Shown here piece after piece: positions 52,078 to 60,335 of a stretch of 64,000 bases of DNA. The translations under genes and the position numbers were made by a program. The notes beneath the pieces were generated by a model. It was given only the letters and a program-made list of their open reading frames with translations, searched no databases and had not been told where the DNA came from. Origin of the DNA: Candidatus Binatia bacterium (GTDB lineage Bacteria > Desulfobacterota > Binatia > Bin18); NCBI GenBank assembly GCA_963666315.2, contig CAXXHG010000043.1, positions 352,001-416,000 of the forward strand, read 5' to 3'. Within the stretch, counting starts at the first letter, position 1. Every line of letters begins with the position of its first letter.

Positions 52078-52112
52078 GCATAATGAAATCAAGCATTTAG
52101 CATGTGGGCGAA

Positions 52113-53156
52113 TTAGCGTCCAGATCCGTTTGCCAACAATTTGCCAACAGATTGGCCCACGGATGTAGGACGAGGACCGTTCACGACGTTTTTGAGCGCT
52201 TCAAGGGAGGGTTTATTGTACCTGGCGAAGACCTTATCAGTGCGGTGGCCGGTTATCGCCTTGATATAGTCCCTATCCCACCCCTCTCCGACCTTTCTGG
52301 TGACAAAGGACCGGCGCACGTCATGGAAATGGACGTCTTCGAGACCTGCTCTTGCGACCGCGTTATTGAATGACGTCTGGATACTTTTGAACGGTACTCC
52401 TCTGAGGGACAAAAATACATGTTGATAGATTTCGGTCACTTTCCTTCTTTCACGGCGTAGGTCCAGGAAGATTTCTCGCAGGATATCGCTTATGGGAACC
52501 AAGCGTTTGCGGCTCGTTTTCGTGTCATCGCTCAGGAGTGTGATAATGTCATTCCTAAGATCGACCCGAGTCCAGGTCAGCCTAAGAATTTCACCCTTCC
52601 GCATCCCAGTTTCCCACGCACACAACAAGATTGGTTTCAGATGCTCTGCTGCTTGTTCGTAGAGACCAGCGTACTCTTCTTCTGTCAAGACTCGATCTCG
52701 CTCGTTATCCTCTCGAAACAATTCGACCGCTGGGAGTTTCTCTAAGATCCCCTCCTTCCAAGCCATACGCAAGATGTGCCGAAGTAATGCAAGCTTGCGG
52801 TTGCAAGTCGCTGGGCTTTGCAACCGCTCTGGATTCCTGCGGCATGGTGTCTTTCGGAGTTTTAGACCGAATTCCTTGATCCTTGCGTAGGTAATGTTCG
52901 CTAAGGGTAAAGGACCAAATTCCACATTGAGGAACTGCAACAATAATTCGTCGTCCCTGATTGTCTTTTTTCCAGCGGCCAGTTCCAAATATCTGCATCC
53001 CCAGCTATGGAACGTCATCCACTCGGTTCTCCCCCTGTCGAAGTCTACTCTGCGCTCATTCTCGCCTAGGAGGAGCTTTTTCTTGCTTCTCGCTCCTCGA
53101 AGATCTGTGCCCGCGGGAATCTTCCGATTCACCCCTTTCCAATCCTTGAACCGCAC
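52113..53156 (-). CDS. Tyrosine recombinase/integrase (N-terminus eroded)
   Basis: TCNRKLALLR, GMRKGEI, TK, FHDVRRS, TGH, ARY; frame continues upstream as WTTRYYVRFKDWKG. Confidence 0.85.
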   Translation of the reverse strand: MRFKDWKGVNRKIPAGTDLRGARSKKKLLLGENERRVDFDRGRTEWMTFHSWGCRYLELAAGKKTIRDDELLLQFLNVEFGPLPLANITYARIKEFGLKLRKTPCRRNPERLQSPATCNRKLALLRHILRMAWKEGILEKLPAVELFREDNERDRVLTEEEYAGLYEQAAEHLKPILLCAWETGMRKGEILRLTWTRVDLRNDIITLLSDDTKTSRKRLVPISDILREIFLDLRRERRKVTEIYQHVFLSLRGVPFKSIQTSFNNAVARAGLEDVHFHDVRRSFVTRKVGEGWDRDYIKAITGHRTDKVFARYNKPSLEALKNVVNGPRPTSVGQSVGKLLANGSGR

Positions 53157-53218
53157 GTAGTAGCGGGTCGTCCATATGGCGCTGTCGGAGCAGTTGTTGA
53201 TTTGCGGAGATTGGCTCG

Positions 53219-53452
53219 GTGATTCGACGGCAGGCCATCTTCTTGATGGGATTCCTACTCACCGATCTCGAAGGCGGCGGCATCTCGCTTGAAAGAATAC
53301 TCTCCAACTGTAAGAGGCTCGCACGACTACCCGACGATTTTGAAACGATGGAGTGGTTTACTCTTGAAATACGCGGGTACAGTACGAGGGATTTTCCAAG
53401 ATACACAAAAAAAACAAGAGAAATGCTGGACAGCTTCAATCACCAACCTTGA
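53219..53452 (+). pseudogene. AbiTii-like N-terminal domain fragment
   Basis: LL.DLE.....LERIL..CKRLARL.DD.E..EW..LEI.GY pattern, recognised from memory. Confidence 0.4.
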
Positions 53453-53630
53453 GGCAACTATCGAGGGGCACTTGATCTCACTAAAGAATTTGAAACCGCC
53501 CGACCAGTGCCTATCGCCGATAGCGGTTCTGCGACTGAGATTCGCGTGTGTACCTTGTGAAAGTGTGTCGTTCAAACAGTGAATGCCATACGCAGGGTAT
53601 CAGCCTTAACAATGTCGAGAGCAACTTTGA

Positions 53631-53777
53631 CTGCCTGACGCGCGCGCGGAGACTTTTGGCCTTACCCACATAGATGACGGTTCCGTCTTTATCCTTGAAT
53701 TTATACACCCCGGGACTTGTTGGTAGGGTTCCGAGCTTGGCTTCAAGCTCGGCACTGTGCAAAAAGGTATTATCCAC
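53631..53777 (-). pseudogene. uvrC: Excinuclease ABC subunit C, 5' fragment only
   Basis: [32 protein letters not shown], then unrelated sequence; GAGGA RBS before GTG 53777. Confidence 0.85.
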
Positions 53778-53983
53778 CCGAGTCCTCAAAATAATAAAGG
53801 CGACCACTCAGGCCGCCCTTATCGTTAGCTAGCTAGCCACTAAGCAAGATAGCTGTAGTCTATATCTGTCAATACGCCAAGAGCCATGTTTGGTCTCGTT
53901 GACCGCCCAGGGCAAACCCGCTAGATGAAGAGCTGCTATACGACTGAGTAGTGTGTCAGTTTGTGTAAGGAGAAACATTCAGT

Positions 53984-55363
53984 ATGGCTACGATGATCAC
54001 GGAGGAGTGCATCAATTGCGGTGCGTGTGAACCCGAATGCCCCAACACCGCTATCTATCAGGGTGCCGTTGAGTGGGAATTCAACGGGGAAGAGCACGCC
54101 GCAATATCCGAGGACCTTTTCTATATCGTTCCGCAAAAATGTACAGAATGTGTCGGTTTTTACGACGAGGAAGCGTGCCAGGCAGTCTGCCCGGTTGACT
54201 GCTGTCTGCCTGACCCGGACATTGTTGAGACGGAAGAGGTCCTGCTCGTACGCGCCAAAGAACTGCATCCCGAGCAAACGTTTGGCGACGACTTTCCGTC
54301 GCGATTCAAGGGTGCGGAAGCGCAAGCTACAGCGACTGCCCCGGTAGAAGCTGAGACTCCGGCGCCGGTGACAAATGGAGCCGCTAAACCCGCATCAGCT
54401 CCGCCTGCAGTCACTGCTCCTACGCTAGCACCCGTGGTGGCTGCTCCAGCAGTCGCCGCACCGACCCCAAAACCAGTCCCGCCTAAGAAAGTTGAAGAAA
54501 AGGTATTCGAAGGTGAGCTGGCCGGCAGTTATGCACAGGCCTTTACGCGCGTACAAGCCAAGCAGAATAACTCGATCATTGGGGTACTGCTCGCCGCAGC
54601 ACAGCCCATACTAGGCGCTTTGCCCCTCTCTACAAAGAAAGTCTTAGAGCGAGCTGTTGGGGATACACGTTATTTTAGCGTTGGAACCGCGACAGGCCTG
54701 AATGTCTTGCTTAATATGGTGCTGTATCCCATTATCTTGCTGGCCGTGTATACCACGGTCTTGGGTGGCGAACTGTTCAGCCAAGCAGGGAATAAATTCA
54801 TCTTTTGGGGCATCCTGATTGCCTCGGTAGAATCCATGATTCGCCTGCGTGAATCCTTCTTTCAAGGGATACCGATCGAAGAGACGCCACTGCGTGGGAC
54901 GTTTTACGGTCTGCCGCTTGCGCCGATCCTGGCTCCCTTTCTAGGGTCTTCCAGGGGGCGGACGCCTGATACAGGTGGTCAGCCTATTGAGGGCTATTAC
55001 ACATCAGAGTTTGATGACAAAACAGAGCGTGCGCGTCGATACGGGGAGCGATACGCTGTCGAGGAATATGGCAACGCGTATGTCCTACGCCTGGAACTCC
55101 CGCGGCGGATTCCTGTTTCCGCGGCGAAGCGTGAGATGGGTATTGGCGATGAGATGCCCGACTACGACTATGATTTGTCCCTGAAAAACGGCAGTTTCTT
55201 TGTGAAAGGCAGTGTCGCCGACCCTGACGTCCGAAAATTGGCCGCTGTGTCGTCCGCTTTTCCACCCGATTTTACTAAGCGGATCGATGTCGGTAAGTCT
55301 ATCGGGAGCTTCAAACATCGCTATAACGATAAGGTACTTGAAGTGGTGTTGTTCAAACGCTAA
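53984..55363 (+). CDS. YfhL-type 2x[4Fe-4S] ferredoxin fused to Pro/Ala linker, TM region and HSP20-like C-domain
   Basis: CINCGACEPECP and CTEC-x8-CQAVCP; two hydrophobic helices; C-terminal YVLRLELP...F.KRID...YNDKVLEVVLFK. Confidence 0.75.
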   Translation: MATMITEECINCGACEPECPNTAIYQGAVEWEFNGEEHAAISEDLFYIVPQKCTECVGFYDEEACQAVCPVDCCLPDPDIVETEEVLLVRAKELHPEQTFGDDFPSRFKGAEAQATATAPVEAETPAPVTNGAAKPASAPPAVTAPTLAPVVAAPAVAAPTPKPVPPKKVEEKVFEGELAGSYAQAFTRVQAKQNNSIIGVLLAAAQPILGALPLSTKKVLERAVGDTRYFSVGTATGLNVLLNMVLYPIILLAVYTTVLGGELFSQAGNKFIFWGILIASVESMIRLRESFFQGIPIEETPLRGTFYGLPLAPILAPFLGSSRGRTPDTGGQPIEGYYTSEFDDKTERARRYGERYAVEEYGNAYVLRLELPRRIPVSAAKREMGIGDEMPDYDYDLSLKNGSFFVKGSVADPDVRKLAAVSSAFPPDFTKRIDVGKSIGSFKHRYNDKVLEVVLFKR

Positions 55364-55627
55364 ACGTGCCGACGTATGGAGCGAGTGGAGCAGCCTCTTC
55401 AGAATGTCATGCAGAAGAGATGCTGCTTCGCTCCGCATCTATAATCCACCGACCTTCCCGCCGTTTCTGAGACTGAGTAAGTCTTGTTTTCTGTGCCTTG
55501 GACAACCGACTCCTTCGAGGTTGGGCTGTATAATTCTGACACCCGCGCAAGGACTTACAAGAACCTAGAGGTTCCAGAACAAAAGACAGCCAAATCCGAA
55601 CTCTCTACGCGAGAGGGAAACGCTAAA

Positions 55628-57022
55628 ATGGAGACAGCCGGACCGTCCACTCGGCAGACGAATCTTCCCCTACGCATGGTGATTGGCTACGGGGCAGGGA
55701 ACTTCGCTTTTGCCCTCCTTGGCCTTGTCGTTGCCGTAAATTTGCAATTTTTTTACACCGACTACGTAGGGCTCTCGGCAGGACTGGTGTCCTGGTCGTT
55801 ACTCTTGGCTCGCATGCTTGATGCGGTGACGGACCCCGTCATGGGCTACCTGTCTGACCGGTCACAGACACGACTCGGGCGTCGGCGCCCATATTTTTTA
55901 GGTGCTGCTCTCCCGTTGGGTGTTGCGTTTTACTTTCTCTTTGCACCCCCAGCTGTTGAGAACCCAGCCCAACATCAGACGTATCTACTTGTCTATCTGC
56001 TCACGACGTATACGCTGACCTATCTGATCTGGACGATTGGAGCCGTACCGTATTTTAGCTTAGGCGCGGAGTTGACGGACGACTATCAGGAACGGGTATA
56101 CGTCATTGCCGTGCGCGAAGCGTGGGCGCTGTGTGGGCTTTTGGCAGCGGCCATTCTGCCTGCCTACCTCATTTATTTGTATGGAGGACGCCAAGGCTAT
56201 GCCGCGATGGGTGGCATCCTGGGTGTCGGCACCTCGCTCTTTCTGATTATTGCGGCTCTGAGTGTACGCGAACGACCCGAGTTTCAAGGCCGCCCGCCGC
56301 TGCCGCCGTATCAAGGCTGGCGGGAGACGTTACGCAATCCCCACTTTCGACCTCTGCTTATCGCGTTTACGTGTAGTGCAATTGCGGGCGCGATTCCTGC
56401 AACACTGGTCATTTACGTATCGGTCTACATCATCGGCACGCCACCGTGGTGGACGGCTACGGTTCCCGCTTGGCTGCCGACCTGGTCCTATTATCTGTTA
56501 GTCTATTTTGCGAGTGGGATCTGCTCGCTCCCGGTCTGGAATTGGATTGCAAGTCGAGTGGGAAAGAAAGCTACATGGGGCATCTCCATTGTCTTGGCCG
56601 TGATTGTGAGTGTCGCCTGTTGGGGCCTCGCGCCGGGAGCGATAGGCTATTTTACCTGTATTCTCATCCTTGGAGGGATCGCCTTTGGGAACTATCTTGC
56701 CTTACCCGCCTCGATTGTGGCTGATTTGATTGACTATGATGAGGCACGCACAGGCCGCCGCCGTGAGGCGTCTTATTTTGCCATCTGGGCCTTTGCGACC
56801 AAGCTTGGCAATGCGATTACGGGCTTTGCCGCCTTGCAGGTCCTGGAGCACGTTGGCTATGTCCCCGGTGTCCCCCAAACCGAGCTGGTCAAGACATGGA
56901 TGCTCGGTATGTATTCGTGGTTCCCGGCTGCCTTTTATCTCCTGTCGGGATGGGCGCTCCTTCGTTTCCGTTTCAGCCAGGCTGATCTCGAAGCTGTGCA
57001 AAAGCAGCTCGGGAGGGTCTGA
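55628..57022 (+). CDS. MFS transporter, glycoside-pentoside-hexuronide (MelB) family
   Basis: DAVTDPVMGYLSD....RLGRRRPY, ELTDDYQER, AD.IDYDE..TG.RRE. Confidence 0.9.
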   Translation: METAGPSTRQTNLPLRMVIGYGAGNFAFALLGLVVAVNLQFFYTDYVGLSAGLVSWSLLLARMLDAVTDPVMGYLSDRSQTRLGRRRPYFLGAALPLGVAFYFLFAPPAVENPAQHQTYLLVYLLTTYTLTYLIWTIGAVPYFSLGAELTDDYQERVYVIAVREAWALCGLLAAAILPAYLIYLYGGRQGYAAMGGILGVGTSLFLIIAALSVRERPEFQGRPPLPPYQGWRETLRNPHFRPLLIAFTCSAIAGAIPATLVIYVSVYIIGTPPWWTATVPAWLPTWSYYLLVYFASGICSLPVWNWIASRVGKKATWGISIVLAVIVSVACWGLAPGAIGYFTCILILGGIAFGNYLALPASIVADLIDYDEARTGRRREASYFAIWAFATKLGNAITGFAALQVLEHVGYVPGVPQTELVKTWMLGMYSWFPAAFYLLSGWALLRFRFSQADLEAVQKQLGRV

Positions 57023-57107
57023 ATCAGGGCCTTGCTCAAGAGAGCCTGTCCTCGGAACGTTTGCAGAATGCTTGCAAAATTCCCATCCGCCCCATAAGCA
57101 ATGAACC

Positions 57108-60100
57108 ATGTCGCACAAGCGGGTCTTTGTCTCTGACTCACTTGCTGTTTTGCAAGAGGCGTGTATTTCCGCCATCCAAACGCTGAAGGCGGCTGACCCG
57201 CTCACTGCGCTGACCGTTATTGTCCCGAACGATCTTCTCGGAACCCAACTGAGCCAAGAGGTTGTCTGGGCCGGGGATGGATATATAGGGCTCCGGTTTG
57301 TGACGCTGGTTGATTTCGCTGCCGGCATTGCTGACGGCGCTTTGGCACAGGCAGGACAACAGCGTGTGTCCGATGTGGCAGCAGCGCGTATTGTGAGAAA
57401 TCTGATGCAGGCTATGCCTGGCACGGGGTTCCCGGAACTTGCCCAGCAGCCTCGGCTTCCGCAGTTCTTTGTGGAGACCATGACTGAGCTCAAACAGGCC
57501 GGCATCCGGCCGCATCAGCTGCAAACATTTGGCGCTCAGATTTCTCTCCAATCGACCATGTATCGAGACAAGATGCGCAATCTCTTTCACCTCTATGATC
57601 GCTATACGGACTTCTTGGCCGAACATCAGCTTGTCGATGACGCTGATCTGTTTACGCATGCTGCCCAAGGAGAGACCGTTATCTCTGACGGCCCGCTACT
57701 GTTGTATAGCTGTATCGCATTGACTGCACTGCAGCGTCGCCTTATCGAAATAGTTTTCAGACAGCGTGACGGGCTAATCTTTCTTCCGTGGAGACCGGGC
57801 TCAGCCTATGAATCTGTGACTCCTGTGTTGACGTGGCTTATGGGATTGGGGTTTCAGTATGCTGCTCTTGCACACTCGGAGACGCTGCCGCGAGACCTCG
57901 CTCGAGTTGCGACTCGACTCTTCGAGAGGACTTGGGAGCAGACGAAAACAAAGCCGAGCGCAGGAGAGCCGCACGACGCTCCTGCCTGCGCCGATTCTTC
58001 CGTCCACATTACTTCCGCGCCAGATCAAACACGGGAAGCGCGTGAAATTGCGCGTGCGATTTTTGGCCTCGTGCGAGAGCAAGACTATATCTTTGATGAG
58101 ATCGGCGTGTTTCTCAGAGAGCCTGCAACCTATGCTCCACTCCTGGTTGAGACGTTCGCCAGCCTGGGCATTCCGTACACGCTGGCGGATGGTCTTCCTC
58201 TACTCCAGACGCGAGCGGGGAAGGCCGTGCAGGCGCTGTGTCTGATCCTGGCTGAGGATTTTGCTCGGCAGCGGGTGTTTGAGTTTCTCTGGATTGTACG
58301 CGATTCTTTTCCCGCACCGCTTGGTGCAGCGGTGTCAGCTGCCGACCTCGCTCAGTGGGAAGCCTTGGCGGTGGAAGCCGGGATTGTGCGTGGGGCACAG
58401 GAGTGGCGCATTCGACTCGCTGCTCTTGAAGAAGACGATCAGCAGGGTGAACGTGGTCGAGAAGCGGACACGGGGCAAGTACAAGTCCTGTGCACTTTTA
58501 TCCGGTTCATGCAGCGCTTTCTTTCGGACGCAGCAGAAGTTCTCGTCCAGCAAACATGGACAGGCTGGATCGCGCATTTCCTTCAAGTATGCCGAAGCTA
58601 TGTGTCCTGGACCGCTGACGATATGCAAAGTGATGGTTTGCAAATAGAAGAAGCTCTCCGGGGCCAGGACTATCTTTTTCAGTCAAATGGAGCAGTCCAG
58701 ACCGAGGCGTGGGCCGACAGTGTGTGCGTCATCCTGTCACAAGTACGCCAGCGGCAAAACGTAGTGCATGCAGATGGCGTATTTCTGAGTGATCTGACGC
58801 AGGCCTGGGGCCGCCCTTTTCGGGCCGTCATCATCCCCGGACTCGTAGCAGAGTCGCTGGCAACGCAGCCGTACCGAGATCCCATCCTGCATGATGCAGA
58901 CCGACAACATCTGGCGGAGGTCCTGAGCACTGAAGTTCCGTTGCGCAGACAGCAAGTCGAGTACGAACAACTGCTCTTTACGCTTGCGACTCAAAGTGCG
59001 CAAGAGAGGTTACTCCTGACCTATCCACGCTCCGTAGGAGGGGCGTCGCAAAGCCCATCACTTTTACTTTTGCAGATCGTTAGTGCGCTGTGTGGTCGAC
59101 CGGCAGCGCTTGCAGACCTTGAAAAGAGAAGCCAGTGGGTGTCAAGCGATCCGCTGGACGGCATTTCCCCTCAACATGTGTTGGACACACTGGAGTTGCA
59201 TCTCGCATGTGTTGAGCGTGCGAAAAGCACAGGCAGCCCACAGCCTGTCGAATATGGCCTCCAGACGTTGCCCTTCTTCGCCCCTGCGGCTCGGGCGATG
59301 TTCCAACGCCTGGAGCTTCCACAACTGACGGCCTTTGACGGACTGATTGAGGCGGAGGCTGTCCAAACGACGCTACGGCAGCACCTCTTCCCGCACGGAC
59401 TGCGCTTGTCGGCCAGTGCCCTGGAGAGCTATGCCCGCTGTCCGTTTCGATATTTTTTGAGTGTGGTGCTTCATCTTACGCCCTTGGAACAGCCGGAACA
59501 TATTATGACCATCCTCCCGCGTGACCGAGGCGTGCTGCTGCACGACATCCTGCATGACTTTTTCTCACAACTCCGTACGGCAGATCGTCTCCCCTTGGCA
59601 ACTCAGGACTTGCCTGAGCTGCAAACACTCCTCAGACACGTATCTGAGGAACACTTTTCCCGTTTTGCTTGGAGACGACCGGTGGGACTGCCGTTGTTAT
59701 GGGAGATGGAACGCGAGCAGCTGTCACGTCGTCTACAGGCATTCCTCAAGCGGGACTATGGTGAAGTAGGTTTCTGCCCGGAAGCGTTTGAAGTGCAGTT
59801 CGGACTAGGAGATGAGGAGACAGCAAAGGTGGCTCCTCATTTTTTTCCTCCACAATCCATTCCTTTCACCCTCGATACGGGTGAAGACGTACAACTGCGT
59901 GGGCGTATCGACCGAGTCGATGTGTATCATGAGCGCAACTGCGCACGGATTCTCGACTACAAAACGGGCAAGGCTCCGTCCGGATGCTTTGCCGGCGGAA
60001 CTGCCTTACAACTGTCACTATACCTCTTTGCCGCGCAATACCTCCGGCCGGATCTCACCTGGGTTTCATCAGAATATACGAGTGTTGACGGCTCTGCCCA

Positions 60101-60335
60101 AACGCAGAAATCTGTATTCCCTCTAGCAACCTTGACTTCTACACTCGGAACACTGCGAACCATAGTCACACGTCTTGCCGAGGGGATCTCTTCCGGACAA
60201 TTTTTTTTGGCTCCTGACTCGTGTATGCCGTGTGCCTTTCCTCAGATCTGCGCGGCACACGGACTCAAGCGAGCTGGGGAGAAACTCCAGGACCAGCGGA
60301 CGGCCGCATGGCGCTGGATACGGACTCAAGCATGA
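57108..60335 (+). CDS. AddB-like inactive helicase with PD-(D/E)XK nuclease and Fe-S cysteines
   Basis: LSASALESYARCPFRYF, RG.LLHDIL, GRIDRVD, ILDYKTG, CMPCAFPQIC. Confidence 0.85.
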   Translation: MSHKRVFVSDSLAVLQEACISAIQTLKAADPLTALTVIVPNDLLGTQLSQEVVWAGDGYIGLRFVTLVDFAAGIADGALAQAGQQRVSDVAAARIVRNLMQAMPGTGFPELAQQPRLPQFFVETMTELKQAGIRPHQLQTFGAQISLQSTMYRDKMRNLFHLYDRYTDFLAEHQLVDDADLFTHAAQGETVISDGPLLLYSCIALTALQRRLIEIVFRQRDGLIFLPWRPGSAYESVTPVLTWLMGLGFQYAALAHSETLPRDLARVATRLFERTWEQTKTKPSAGEPHDAPACADSSVHITSAPDQTREAREIARAIFGLVREQDYIFDEIGVFLREPATYAPLLVETFASLGIPYTLADGLPLLQTRAGKAVQALCLILAEDFARQRVFEFLWIVRDSFPAPLGAAVSAADLAQWEALAVEAGIVRGAQEWRIRLAALEEDDQQGERGREADTGQVQVLCTFIRFMQRFLSDAAEVLVQQTWTGWIAHFLQVCRSYVSWTADDMQSDGLQIEEALRGQDYLFQSNGAVQTEAWADSVCVILSQVRQRQNVVHADGVFLSDLTQAWGRPFRAVIIPGLVAESLATQPYRDPILHDADRQHLAEVLSTEVPLRRQQVEYEQLLFTLATQSAQERLLLTYPRSVGGASQSPSLLLLQIVSALCGRPAALADLEKRSQWVSSDPLDGISPQHVLDTLELHLACVERAKSTGSPQPVEYGLQTLPFFAPAARAMFQRLELPQLTAFDGLIEAEAVQTTLRQHLFPHGLRLSASALESYARCPFRYFLSVVLHLTPLEQPEHIMTILPRDRGVLLHDILHDFFSQLRTADRLPLATQDLPELQTLLRHVSEEHFSRFAWRRPVGLPLLWEMEREQLSRRLQAFLKRDYGEVGFCPEAFEVQFGLGDEETAKVAPHFFPPQSIPFTLDTGEDVQLRGRIDRVDVYHERNCARILDYKTGKAPSGCFAGGTALQLSLYLFAAQYLRPDLTWVSSEYTSVDGSAQTQKSVFPLATLTSTLGTLRTIVTRLAEGISSGQFFLAPDSCMPCAFPQICAAHGLKRAGEKLQDQRTAAWRWIRTQA

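Noticed and set aside
55383-55433. Long imperfect hairpin after the ferredoxin fusion gene
   Set aside because: Single copy in the window, most simply a terminator or degenerate REP-like element
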